Assembly (NCBI GenBank): GCA_964446485.1
Contig: CAYUOU010000003.1
Coordinates: 1,730 to 65,729, forward strand
Direction: 5' to 3'
From: an uncultured Desulfobacterales bacterium
GTDB taxonomy: Bacteria > Desulfobacterota > Desulfobacteria > Desulfobacterales > JBDRRP01
DNA length: 64,000 nt
The notes below the pieces were generated by a model. That model saw only the letters and a program-made list of their open reading frames with translations, searched no databases and was not told where the DNA came from. The position numbers were made by a program, and so were the translations under genes. Below, piece by piece: positions 54,943 to 64,000 of this stretch (the first letter of the stretch is position 1; each line of letters starts with the position of its first letter).

Positions 54943-55073
54943 CGCCTACGGCCTCGCGCACCGGCGTCACCACTTGCCCGGTTCTCTCCGGCCCCGCGTG
55001 CCCAATTGAGATTAACCCGCCGGGCGTTGCACCATATCGACATGCGCGCCGTCACCATTGGATCAGCGGAACC

Positions 55074-55880
55074 ATGCCTGAGCGACAGCACCGACATTCA
55101 CCGGCGGTATGGATCAGCGGCAGTGCCGGGCGTTGGATCATCCAGTCCATCGACAGTGCCGCCGCGGTGTGTGCGCTCATATGGCGTCTATTGCGAAAAC
55201 GCATTCGCCCACCGGTGGAAGGGCGTGCCCTGGTCCGCAAAGTCATCATCGAGCAGATCTACTTCACCGCCATTCAGGCGCTCTGGCTCATCGTGCCTAT
55301 CGCCCTGATCATCGGGACGGCCCTCATTGCCCAATTCGCCAGAGTATCCGGCTACTATGACCCCGGGCGGTTGATGGTCATTCTCGTGGTACGGGAACTG
55401 GGACCCATGATCACGGCATTGATTGTCATCCTGCGCTCGGCGACTTCCGTGACCATCGAATTGGGTTACATGAATGTCTTGAATGAGTTGGACGCATTCG
55501 AGGCCGCCGGCATCGATCCGTGGCGGGTCATTTTGCTGCCGCGGCTGGTTGGCATCACCTCGGCCATTTGCAGCCTGTTCATTGTGTTCGACTTGTGCGC
55601 CATCTTGGGCGGGTACCTGATTATCTGGACCTTTACCTATCTGCCTGTGGCGGATTTTCCCCAACAGGTGAGCAAAGCCATTCTCGGCACCGATATCTGG
55701 GTGGGCATTGTCAAAGGTGTGTTGTTCGGTGTGGTCATCAGCGCAACGAGCATATACCACGGGCTGAATACACGCCGTCGAATCACTGATATCCCGCCTG
55801 CCACTTCCAGGGCGGCGGTGGAGGCATTTTTCTATTGTCTGGCTCTGAACGTCATTATTTCAGTGCTGTTTTACCTGTAA
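55074..55880 (+). CDS. mlaE: MlaE-family ABC transporter permease
   Basis: Carries VVRELGPMITALIVILRSATSVTIELGYMNVLNELDAFEAAGIDP, typical of MlaE/Ttg2B. Confidence 0.85.
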   Translation: MPERQHRHSPAVWISGSAGRWIIQSIDSAAAVCALIWRLLRKRIRPPVEGRALVRKVIIEQIYFTAIQALWLIVPIALIIGTALIAQFARVSGYYDPGRLMVILVVRELGPMITALIVILRSATSVTIELGYMNVLNELDAFEAAGIDPWRVILLPRLVGITSAICSLFIVFDLCAILGGYLIIWTFTYLPVADFPQQVSKAILGTDIWVGIVKGVLFGVVISATSIYHGLNTRRRITDIPPATSRAAVEAFFYCLALNVIISVLFYL

Positions 55881-55886
55881 TTGCCT

Positions 55887-56588
55887 ATGGCTGTCATCGC
55901 ACTAAAGGATTACCGCCTGGATCCTGAAAGCGCCTCGACGGGGTTGGCGCCGTTCGACATTGCCCTGGCTTCGGGGGATGTCTGTGCCGTTCAAACCGAC
56001 ACACCCGATCTTGGCCACCAGCTCCTGCGGGCTGTGGCAATGAACCTCGATCCGGTTTCCGGTGAATACTATTTTGACGGGGTTCTCCTGTCGCCCCGGC
56101 GATATGGCGAGTGGCTGCAGTACCGCCGCCGGGTCAGCTACATCGGTCCGTTCTCGGCACTCATCAGCAATCTCTCCATTCTGGAAAACCTTTTGTTATC
56201 AAGGTACTATTACGAGAACGATTTAGACGCGACACTGTCTGAGGACGTTGCGGGCCTGTGTCACGCTGCCGGTCTGGGCGCCAAGCTGACGCTACGGCCG
56301 GCCGAGCTCACACCGCTGAGTCGACGCATCGCCATTGCGATTCGAGAATTGTCACGGGAAGCCCGGTTGATTGTCCTGGACCACACCGAAGATCTGCTCG
56401 GGCACACCGCTTTCAAGCGGTTGCTGGACCGGATTCAGACGCTGCAGGGCCAGGGGGTGCCTGTCATCATGATGAGCGAGGGGGACAGCCCCATCCGTCG
56501 GATGACCAACCGGTCGGTCGTCATCGCCGGGGGACGGCTGTTGGAAGGGGTGGCGCCGCCGGAAGAACAGATGCCGGAGAGGCATTGA
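55887..56588 (+). CDS. MlaF-like ABC ATPase homolog with degenerate catalytic motifs
   Basis: It has an ABC-ATPase layout, but Walker A reads TDTPDLGH, the signature reads LTPLSRR, Walker B reads LIVLDHTED and the H-loop reads MMSEGD. Confidence 0.65.
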   Translation: MAVIALKDYRLDPESASTGLAPFDIALASGDVCAVQTDTPDLGHQLLRAVAMNLDPVSGEYYFDGVLLSPRRYGEWLQYRRRVSYIGPFSALISNLSILENLLLSRYYYENDLDATLSEDVAGLCHAAGLGAKLTLRPAELTPLSRRIAIAIRELSREARLIVLDHTEDLLGHTAFKRLLDRIQTLQGQGVPVIMMSEGDSPIRRMTNRSVVIAGGRLLEGVAPPEEQMPERH

Positions 56589-56619
56589 TGCGAAGTACCC
56601 ATTCAGGATAAGGTCTGCC

Positions 56620-57660
56620 ATGGTCACCGATTTCAGCACAAAAGAAAAAGTCGTCGGCATGTTTGGCATCTTCATGGCCATACTGCTGCTGGCGACCACG
56701 ATTGTCATCGGCAGGGGTAAAGACTGGTTTCGCCCCACCATGACTGTTTACGCGACATTTCGGGAAGGTTACAATCTTGAGGTAAACACGCCGGTAAAGC
56801 TCTACAACACCAATATCGGCAAGGTGAAGCACATCGAATTGGCTGGTGAAAAGGTGAAGGTGGAGATGAACATCTTCAAAGCGTTTTCCGATCGGATGCG
56901 TGAAGGGTCGGTGGCCACTGTGGAAAGCCCGACGCTGATCGGTTCTGAATTCGTTTCGATCAAGCCCGGGCCCATGGATGCTCCGCCTCTCATGGACGGC
57001 GCGTTGATTCTCAGCCGCGCCAAAAAATCCATCGCCGACATCCTGGCCGAATTCGAAGTGGAAAAGACAGCGAAAATGGTGGTGGACGCTGTTCAGGGGA
57101 TCGCCGAAACGGCCCAGCAGCTCCGGCAGCCCGAAGGCCCGTTGATGACATCGCTGTCACAGATTGAAGCGATCACCCGCCACTTAGAGATGGTTGCCGC
57201 CGATCTCCAATCCGGCAGCGGAACCGCCGGAAGCCTTCTCAAGTCCCGGGAACTTCTGGAGTCGGTTCTGACGCAAATTGATCGTCTGGGCCCCATTCTG
57301 GAAGATCTCGCGGCGGCCGTCCACAAGGCGCCGCCCACCATTGACATGGTCCAGGAAAACCTGGCATCCCTGCAAATCGTTGGTGACAAAACATCGGTGG
57401 GCCTCGACCAGATCCACCGGATTCTTGCCGATGTGGAACTGAGCGTCGTTCAGTTGCGTCGAACATTGAACAACATCGAAGCGGGCAGCGCTGAGTTGCC
57501 TGACATTGTTCGCACCACCCGGGAAGGGGTTCAAGAGCTCCGCGACGGCATTGAAAGCGCCGATGAAATCATGGAGTCCGTCAAGCAAAATCCCCTGATT
57601 CGATCCAATCTGCCCGTATCGCCGTCACCAGACGCCACCGGCGCCGGCCTGCGGCCATGA
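56620..57660 (+). CDS. mlaD: MlaD/MCE-domain protein with long helical C-terminal region
   Basis: N-terminal TM segment, then an MCE core (YATFREGYNLEVNTPVKLYNTNIGKVKHIEL...VESPTLIGSEFVSIKPG), then about 200 aa rich in helix-formers. Confidence 0.8.
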   Translation: MVTDFSTKEKVVGMFGIFMAILLLATTIVIGRGKDWFRPTMTVYATFREGYNLEVNTPVKLYNTNIGKVKHIELAGEKVKVEMNIFKAFSDRMREGSVATVESPTLIGSEFVSIKPGPMDAPPLMDGALILSRAKKSIADILAEFEVEKTAKMVVDAVQGIAETAQQLRQPEGPLMTSLSQIEAITRHLEMVAADLQSGSGTAGSLLKSRELLESVLTQIDRLGPILEDLAAAVHKAPPTIDMVQENLASLQIVGDKTSVGLDQIHRILADVELSVVQLRRTLNNIEAGSAELPDIVRTTREGVQELRDGIESADEIMESVKQNPLIRSNLPVSPSPDATGAGLRP

Positions 57661-57706
57661 TGATGTTGCCGCGTCGGATCCATTGAATGCCGCCGATAAT
57701 GTTGTA

Positions 57707-58567
57707 TCAGACCCTGCCCCCGGACCAGTGCAGTTTGGCTTTGAGGATGTCGTAGTAGTTGTGGTCCGGCAGCGTGATCATCTGGACGGAGTGATCGTCT
57801 TTGCAGATGCGCACGATATCCTCGCCCGTGACGGTGCACCCGGCCTGACCGTCTAAGGTGAGCATGATGCCCACCGACGGGTTGCCCATCCGCAGTTCGA
57901 TGCACGCATTATCCGGGATGATCAGGGGGCGGTTGGTCAAGGTGAAGGGGCAAATCGGGGTCATGATGATGCCGTCCACTTCCGGATGAATGACGGGTCC
58001 GCCGGCGGCCAGTGAATAGGCCGTGGATCCCGTGGGGGTAGCGATAATGAGACCATCGGCGCGAAACGTTGTCAGGTAACGATGGTCCACATGGGTAGCA
58101 ATATCGGCAAGGCGGGCCAAGGGTCCGTTGTTGATCACCACGTCGTTGAAAACGGTACCCTTCATCACCGTCTGCCCTTCGTGTAACACCGAGACGGACA
58201 GCAGCATTCGCTCACGAATGGCATATCGGTTTTCGAGGACCATCTGCACGGCATCCAGCAGTTGGTCCTCGGTGGTTTCCGCCAGAAATCCCACCTCGCC
58301 GAATTTTACGCCCATGATGGGAATTTGCTGTCGGCCGATCCATCGAACGGCGCTCAAAAACGTGCCGTCTCCGCCGAGGACCACGATACAGTCCAGATGA
58401 TCCGGGGCACAAGAGCCGGCACAGGGGACGCCGGGTGCGTCCGGGGATGGAGAGAGACTGTCTTGGCGGATGACGGTACAGCCTCGGTCGGCGAGCCAAT
58501 GATCCAATGTCGCCGCATTGCGGCGCGCCTGGGCATCCTTTTTGACGTAGAGACCGATGACTTTCAC
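57707..58567 (-). CDS. nadK: NAD+ kinase
   Basis: Carries LDCIVVLGGDGTFLSA and VINNGPLARL. The GTG start has AGGAG 9 nt upstream, and the long 5' ORF extension is rejected. Confidence 0.85.
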   Translation of the reverse strand: MKVIGLYVKKDAQARRNAATLDHWLADRGCTVIRQDSLSPSPDAPGVPCAGSCAPDHLDCIVVLGGDGTFLSAVRWIGRQQIPIMGVKFGEVGFLAETTEDQLLDAVQMVLENRYAIRERMLLSVSVLHEGQTVMKGTVFNDVVINNGPLARLADIATHVDHRYLTTFRADGLIIATPTGSTAYSLAAGGPVIHPEVDGIIMTPICPFTLTNRPLIIPDNACIELRMGNPSVGIMLTLDGQAGCTVTGEDIVRICKDDHSVQMITLPDHNYYDILKAKLHWSGGRV

Positions 58568-58847
58568 AACAGTGATCTCCTGCTGGGGGCAGACACTGGG
58601 CAACCCGCGCGGTGGCGTTGCTGCCGGCGGGTGTGGCGGCCGTCGGCGAACGCGGATTGCTTCGTGACACCCTCTGTGGCGGTTGCGTCGCGCACCATAC
58701 AAATTTCGGCGGTCAACCGCAAGTCGATGTCGAAGCTTAGGGCAGCAGGCGCTGCCTCGGGTGGGGGCTGCCACCTACCGAATTTCAAGCGTGGTGTATC
58801 TCCGAATCGGTATTGATATCGAAGAGTTGTGCTATTGTCTTTATCCC

Positions 58848-58876
58848 TTGACGCATATTGCCAAAGTGGCTATAAG
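58848..58876 (+). promoter_or_regulatory. Putative sigma70-type promoter of the liv operon
   Basis: TTGACG (58848-58853), a 17-nt spacer, then TATAAG (58871-58876). It lies about 58 nt upstream of the livK ATG. Confidence 0.55.
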
Positions 58877-58933
58877 TGCGAGGTTATTTACAGGGCAACC
58901 GATGGACCCATTTCAACCTGAGGAGGGCTTACG

Positions 58934-60061
58934 ATGAAAAGTTATTACAGCAAACTGATGTTGACGGTTGTGGTCAGTGTCTGCCTGGTGTTCGCCATGA
59001 GTGGCACCGGTTTGGCGGACACCCTGAAGTTCGGCGTTGCCGGGGCCCACAGCGGCGATCTGGCATCCTACGGCATCCCCACTGTCAAGGCGGCGGAGCT
59101 TGTCGTCAAGGCGATCAATGCCAAGGGCGGCGTGCTTGGAAAGATGGTTGAACTGGTCGTGGAAGACGACGAGTGCAAGCCTGAAAAAGCCACCAACACG
59201 GCCACCAAACTAACTTCCCAGAAGGTGCCCGTGGTTCTGGGTCACATTTGCAGCGGTGCCACCAAGGCGGCCCTGGGCATCTACAAGGATGCCGGCATTA
59301 TCGCCATGAGCCCCTCAGCCACCAACCCTGCGTTGACCCAGAGCGGCGACTACCCGAACTTCTTCCGCACCATCGCTTCCGACGATGCCCAGGCGCGCCT
59401 GGAAGTCGACTTTGCCCTTGACACCTTGGGGTTTAAGAAAATCGCCGTCCTTCACGATAAAGGCGACTACGGCAAGGGCTTGGCTGAATTCGCCAAAGCC
59501 TTCCTGGAGAAAGACCCTCGTGCCACGGTGGTCCTCTATGAAGGGGTTACCCCCGGCGCCGTGGATTACTCCGCAGTCGTCCAGAAAATCAAACGCTCCG
59601 GCGCCGAGGCGGTGATCTTCGGCGGTTACCATCCGGAAGCTTCCAAGATTGTCACCCAGATGCGTAAAAAACGTATGAAAACCGTCTTCATTTCCGACGA
59701 CGGCGTCAAGGACGACACCTTCATCAAGGTGGCCGGCGAGTATGCCGAGGGCGTCTACGCCACGGGTCCCAAAGATGTATCCAGCAACCCCATGGCCAAA
59801 AAGGCCAATATGGAGCATCAGAAGGCTTACAGCGCCGACCCCGGCCCCTTCTACCTGAATGCCTATTCGGCCGCACTGGCACTGCTCAACGCCATTGAGG
59901 AAGCCGGCAGCACCGACTATGACGCGGTGACCAAAGCGCTGCGGACCAAAATGGTGGACACCCCGCTCGGCAGCATCAAGTTTGACGATCGCGGTGATGC
60001 CATCGGCGTCGGGTTCTCCGTTTACCAGGTGAAAAACGGCGTTTACGTCGAGATTCAATAA
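58934..60061 (+). CDS. livK: Branched-chain amino acid ABC transporter substrate-binding protein
   Basis: A signal peptide is followed by LKFGVAGAHSGDLASYGIPTVKAAEL...GHICSGAT, typical of LivJ/K. A GAGGAGGG SD precedes the start. Confidence 0.85.
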   Translation: MKSYYSKLMLTVVVSVCLVFAMSGTGLADTLKFGVAGAHSGDLASYGIPTVKAAELVVKAINAKGGVLGKMVELVVEDDECKPEKATNTATKLTSQKVPVVLGHICSGATKAALGIYKDAGIIAMSPSATNPALTQSGDYPNFFRTIASDDAQARLEVDFALDTLGFKKIAVLHDKGDYGKGLAEFAKAFLEKDPRATVVLYEGVTPGAVDYSAVVQKIKRSGAEAVIFGGYHPEASKIVTQMRKKRMKTVFISDDGVKDDTFIKVAGEYAEGVYATGPKDVSSNPMAKKANMEHQKAYSADPGPFYLNAYSAALALLNAIEEAGSTDYDAVTKALRTKMVDTPLGSIKFDDRGDAIGVGFSVYQVKNGVYVEIQ

Positions 60062-60083
60062 CGCCACGGTTATTGCTCGTAAC

Positions 60084-60122
60084 GGGGGGGTCGGGCATCC
60101 TGCCCCGACCCCCCCCTTTTTT
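60084..60122 (+). terminator. Intra-operon GC hairpin plus T-run (partial terminator/attenuator after livK)
   Basis: GGGGGGGTCGGGC ... GCCCCGACCCCCCCC is followed by TTTTTT. Confidence 0.65.
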
Positions 60123-60179
60123 GTACGATGAACCGGTGGCGTTCAACCGGTTTCCTTCGGGGCGATTCGGAACACAGCG

Positions 60180-61082
60180 ATGGAATACTTTTTTGAACTT
60201 TTTTGCGGCGGCCTGACCCGGGGTAGTATTTACGCCCTTATCGCGCTGGGCTACACCATGGTTTACGGCATTGTCGAGTTGATCAATTTCGCCCATGGTG
60301 AAATTTATATGATCGGCGCTTTTACGGCACTCATCGTGGCCAGCGTGCTCGGCCTGATGGGGTGGCCCACGCTGGCCATCCTGGTCATCGCATCCCTTTG
60401 CGCGGTGGTTTACTCTTCCTGCTACGGGTGGACCATGGAAAAGATCGCTTACAAGCCGCTGAGAAACGCCCCGCGGCTTTCGGCGCTCATCAGCGCCATC
60501 GGCATGTCGCTGTTTCTGCAAAACTACGTGCTGTTGGCCCAGACCTCCGACTTTCTGCCTTTTCCCAGCCTCATCGCCGACTGGGAATGGTGGGAGCCGT
60601 GGGCGCACATCATCACCACCCAGGAGATCGTCATCATCATCACCACCGCCATCGTCATGGTGCTGCTGACCTTCCTGATCAAGTTCACCCGCATCGGCAA
60701 AGCCATGCGGGCAACGGCCCAGGACAAGGCCATGGCCATGCTGGTGGGGGTGGACGTCAACCGGGTGATTTCCGCCACTTTCATCATCGGTTCAGCCACC
60801 GCGGCCCTGGGTGGCGTTCTCATCGCTTCCCACATCGGGCAGATCAATTTCTACATCGGCTTCATTGCCGGCATTAAGGCATTCGTTGCCGCTGTACTCG
60901 GCGGCATCGGCAGCATTCCCGGCGCGGTGGTGGGCTCCCTGGTATTGGGGTGGACGGAGAGTTTTTTTACCGGCTACATTTCCAGCGACTATGAAGACGT
61001 ATTCGCCTTTGTTTTTCTGGTGTTTATCCTGATTTTCAGGCCCCAGGGCATTCTGGGGCGAAAGGATTCCCAGAAAGTATAG
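60180..61082 (+). CDS. livH: Branched-chain amino acid ABC transporter permease
   Basis: Carries GLTRGSIYALIALGYTMVYGIVELINFAHGE, typical of LivH. Confidence 0.9.
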   Translation: MEYFFELFCGGLTRGSIYALIALGYTMVYGIVELINFAHGEIYMIGAFTALIVASVLGLMGWPTLAILVIASLCAVVYSSCYGWTMEKIAYKPLRNAPRLSALISAIGMSLFLQNYVLLAQTSDFLPFPSLIADWEWWEPWAHIITTQEIVIIITTAIVMVLLTFLIKFTRIGKAMRATAQDKAMAMLVGVDVNRVISATFIIGSATAALGGVLIASHIGQINFYIGFIAGIKAFVAAVLGGIGSIPGAVVGSLVLGWTESFFTGYISSDYEDVFAFVFLVFILIFRPQGILGRKDSQKV

Positions 61083-61157
61083 CGTGAAATTGTTTCCCGG
61101 TGCCGGGACCGGCGCCGGGGCATTACTCTATCATTCCAATTTGCGGAAGAGAAATTG

Positions 61158-62357
61158 ATGCGTTTCGAAGAAATCAAACGATCGCTGCTCGCATCGCTAT
61201 GGTTCATGTTTTTAACCTTCCCCATCATGGTGATCCGCGTTAACACCGTGGAGAACATCATCGAGTGGCGCTGGCGCAACATGGTGGGGATCGGCGTGGG
61301 GATTTTCTTCCTCTCGTTTGCCTGGCGGTACCTGATGCGCCGCAAGGCCATGGGACGAAAGGCGTCGGCGCAGGGCGGCGAAGACAGATTGCCCTTTTTT
61401 CAACGGGTCGTCATGACGCGCCAGGTGGGCATCCCGGCATTGATCGCTCTGGGGGTGGTTTTCGCGGTGTTTCCGTTTGTCTTTTCCATGTACCAGACCA
61501 ATATCATGATCAACGCCCTTATGTACGTGATGCTGGGATTGGGGCTCAATATCGTGGTGGGCGTCGCGGGCCTATTGGATCTGGGGTATGTGGCGTTTTA
61601 TCTGGTCGGCGCCTATTCCTACGCTCTGCTCAACTATCATTTTGGACTCGATTTCTGGCTGGCGCTGCCCATCGGCGCCGGCCTGGCCGCGCTGTTCGGG
61701 ATCATTCTCGGTTTCCCCGTACTGCGCCTGAGAGGCGACTATCTGGCCATCGTCACCCTGGGGTTTGGGGAAATCCTCCGGTTGATCATGGAGAACTGGA
61801 ACGAATTCTCCTTCGGCCCCAGCGGGATCGCCAATATTCCTCGGCCGACGGTGCCGGGCGTATCGATGAGTCTTCAGCAGAACACCACCTTTATCTATTT
61901 CCTGGTGATGGCGTTGACGTTGATGACCATCTTCTTCGTCAACCGTCTGCAGAACTCACGTCTGGGGCGTGCCTGGCTGGCGCTTCGCGAAGACGAGATC
62001 GCCTGCCAGGCCATGGGCATCGACAAGACCAAGACCAAACTCACCGCCTTTGCGTTGGGGGCCACCTGGGCGGGATTCGCCGGCGTCCTGTTCGCCGCCA
62101 AGACGACATTCATCAACCCGGCCAGTTTCACACTTTGGGAATCCATCAACATTTTGTGCGTGGTGGTGCTCGGCGGCATGGGTTCCATCATCGGTGTCAT
62201 CGTCGGGGCGTTTACCCTGATCCTGCTCCCCGAATATCTTCGGGCGTTTTCCGAATACCGGGTGCTCATCTTCGGGCTCATCCTGGTTTGCATGATGGTT
62301 TTTCGCCCCGGAGGAATCATCACCAACATCCGGCGCACCTATAAGTTCGAAGGCTAA
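61158..62357 (+). CDS. livM: Branched-chain amino acid ABC transporter permease
   Basis: Carries GLNIVVGVAGLLDLGYVAFY and GPSGIANIPRP, typical of LivM. Confidence 0.9.
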   Translation: MRFEEIKRSLLASLWFMFLTFPIMVIRVNTVENIIEWRWRNMVGIGVGIFFLSFAWRYLMRRKAMGRKASAQGGEDRLPFFQRVVMTRQVGIPALIALGVVFAVFPFVFSMYQTNIMINALMYVMLGLGLNIVVGVAGLLDLGYVAFYLVGAYSYALLNYHFGLDFWLALPIGAGLAALFGIILGFPVLRLRGDYLAIVTLGFGEILRLIMENWNEFSFGPSGIANIPRPTVPGVSMSLQQNTTFIYFLVMALTLMTIFFVNRLQNSRLGRAWLALREDEIACQAMGIDKTKTKLTAFALGATWAGFAGVLFAAKTTFINPASFTLWESINILCVVVLGGMGSIIGVIVGAFTLILLPEYLRAFSEYRVLIFGLILVCMMVFRPGGIITNIRRTYKFEG

Positions 62358-62386
62358 CACCACCAACCGGCAGGACCTCATCAGGC

Positions 62387-63175
62387 ATGAATGCAATCTT
62401 AGACGTTAAGCAGCTGACCATGGATTTCGGCGGCCTTCGCGCCCTGGATCATGTGGATCTTGAAATCAACGAAGGTGAGATCGTTGCGCTCATCGGCCCC
62501 AACGGTGCAGGAAAAACGACGTTTTTCAACTGTATCACCGGCATCTATAACCCAACCCAGGGCGATGTGGTCATTACCCCGCGCGATAAGGCTTCGGTAC
62601 GCATTAACGGGCTAAAGCCCAACACTGTGGCCGAGCTGGGGATGGCCCGGACGTTTCAGAACATCCGGCTGTTCCAGAACATGACTGTGCTGGAGAACGT
62701 CATGATCGGTCGGCACTGCCGGATGCATGCCGGCATTTTCGGAGCCTTTTTTCGGACCTCGGCCACACGGAACGAAGAGCGCCAGGTCATCAAGGACAGT
62801 TACGCGGTTTTGGAAAAACTCCATTTGGGAAAATACGTCAACGAGATGGCGTCCAATCTCCCCTACGGGGCCCAGCGGCGTTTGGAGATCGCCCGCGCTA
62901 TGGCGACCGATCCGTTTCTGCTCCTGCTCGACGAGCCGGCCGCCGGCATGAACCCCCAGGAGACCAAGGAACTCGACGACCTGATCATCAAGATCCGCAA
63001 CGAAGAAAAGATCTCCATTTTGCTCATCGAACACGACATGAAATTGGTCATGAGCCTGTCGGACCGGATATTCGTCGTCGACTACGGAAAGAAAATCGCC
63101 CAGGGAACCCCTGAGGAGATCAAGAACAACCCGTTGGTGATCAAGGCCTACCTTGGAGAAGAATTCGATGCTTGA
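62387..63175 (+). CDS. livG: Branched-chain amino acid ABC transporter ATP-binding protein
   Basis: Walker A GPNGAGKTT, signature LPYGAQRRLEIARA and Walker B LLLLDEPAAGM. Confidence 0.9.
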   Translation: MNAILDVKQLTMDFGGLRALDHVDLEINEGEIVALIGPNGAGKTTFFNCITGIYNPTQGDVVITPRDKASVRINGLKPNTVAELGMARTFQNIRLFQNMTVLENVMIGRHCRMHAGIFGAFFRTSATRNEERQVIKDSYAVLEKLHLGKYVNEMASNLPYGAQRRLEIARAMATDPFLLLLDEPAAGMNPQETKELDDLIIKIRNEEKISILLIEHDMKLVMSLSDRIFVVDYGKKIAQGTPEEIKNNPLVIKAYLGEEFDA

Positions 63176-63875
63176 GTTGAGGGACATTCACACCTATTAC
63201 GGGAACATCCAGGCGCTCAAGGGTGTCAGCCTCACCGTCAATAAGGGCGAGATCATCACCCTGATCGGTGCCAACGGGGCGGGTAAAACCACCACCCTCA
63301 TGTCCATCAGCGGTGCGGTACCGCCACGGCGCGGGGAGATTCTTTTCGAGGGCCGACCCATCCACGACATGCCGGGCAACCAGATCGTCGCACTCGGGAT
63401 CAGTCAGGTGCCCGAAGGCCGGCGGATCTTCCCCTACCTCACGGTGGCGGAGAATCTCGACATGGGGGCTTTTCTTCGCCGTGACAAGGACGGTATCCAG
63501 CAGGATTTGGAGTACGCTTTTGATCTCTTTCCCATCCTGGCCGAGCGGCGCAACCAGGCCGGCGGCACCCTCAGCGGCGGCGAGCAGCAGATGCTGGCCA
63601 TCTCACGTGCCCTCATGGCGCGCCCCCAACTACTACTCATGGACGAGCCTTCCCTGGGTCTGGCGCCGCTGGTGGTCAAGCGCATCTTCGAGACCGTAAA
63701 GAAGATCAACACTGAAAGCAATGTCACGATTTTTCTCGTGGAGCAGAATGCCAACATGGCCCTCAAATTGGCCCATCGAGGGTATGTCATGGAAAACGGA
63801 AAGATCACCCTGGCTGATGACGCCGAACAGCTGCTCAAAAATGAAGACGTCAAAAAGGCCTACCTCGGCATCTGA
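63168..63875 (+). CDS. livF: Branched-chain amino acid ABC transporter ATP-binding protein
   Basis: Walker A GANGAGKTT, signature LSGGEQQMLAI and Walker B LLLMDEPSLGL. It overlaps livG by 8 nt. Confidence 0.9.
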   Translation: MLELRDIHTYYGNIQALKGVSLTVNKGEIITLIGANGAGKTTTLMSISGAVPPRRGEILFEGRPIHDMPGNQIVALGISQVPEGRRIFPYLTVAENLDMGAFLRRDKDGIQQDLEYAFDLFPILAERRNQAGGTLSGGEQQMLAISRALMARPQLLLMDEPSLGLAPLVVKRIFETVKKINTESNVTIFLVEQNANMALKLAHRGYVMENGKITLADDAEQLLKNEDVKKAYLGI

Positions 63876-63914
63876 CGCCCAACGGGTGCCTCATCACCCC
63901 TCTGCTGCTTACCC

Positions 63915-63949
63915 AACGCCCGTGCCGCATGCATGGGCGTTTTCTTGTT
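63915..63949 (+). terminator. Rho-independent terminator after livF
   Basis: AACGCCCGTGC (63915-63925) pairs with GCATGGGCGTT (63931-63941) with one G-U and a 5-nt loop, followed by TTTCTTGTT. Confidence 0.65.
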
Positions 63950-64000
63950 ATGCGGCGATCTGCGATGCTTTGGGGAAAGAACCCTCCGCCCGTATTTGTC

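Noticed and set aside
54913-55308. 131-aa plus-strand ORF in the divergent intergenic region
   Set aside because: It starts inside the putative promoter and overlaps the mlaE start in another frame. It has no SD, and its Pro/Ser/Arg-rich composition is uninformative.
1-64000. Search for tRNA, rRNA, CRISPR arrays, transposases, integrases, toxin-antitoxin or defence genes
   Set aside because: Reading the ORF track and the intergenic regions showed no cloverleaf-like sequence, no spaced direct-repeat array and no recognisable mobile-element or defence ORF. tRNAscan, Rfam and CRISPR finders were not run.

Overview
High-GC (about 60%) bacterial chromosome segment, densely coding. Gene content and intergenic repeats resemble a Desulfobacterota/deltaproteobacterial genome, but that assignment is inference only. 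No rRNA, tRNA, CRISPR array, transposase, integrase or phage gene was seen.

Left to right:
- EamA transporter tail, THUMP methyltransferase, lgt, thiM-thiE-thiD.
- An alpha/beta hydrolase, a repeat-disrupted LEA_2 gene, a YhdH-type reductase, tpx.
- A Tat-DUF362 plus membrane polyferredoxin pair.
- A thioesterase / small Cys ORF / short MetE-like / MazG operon.
- A minus-strand Opp/Dpp-type peptide ABC operon, split by a repeat-laden spacer.
- An 11-gene Mrp/Mbh-like antiporter cluster with three antiporter-like subunits.
- A signalling island: cNMP-binding protein, two tandem USPs, an orphan receiver, two PAS histidine kinases and an NhaD-like permease.
- CBS gene plus aceE-aceF-lpd, dsbD, panC, metK-ahcY.
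- A four-gene operon of exported proteins with LPP20/FlgP-, FlgT-N- and DUF799-like modules.
- An Mla-like operon whose ATPase has lost all catalytic motifs, then nadK and livKHMGF.

The best candidates for something undescribed are the exported-protein operon (49.1-54.6 kb), the dead-ATPase Mla module and the Mbh-ordered Mrp cluster. All functional calls rest on by-eye motif recognition; no database search was run.
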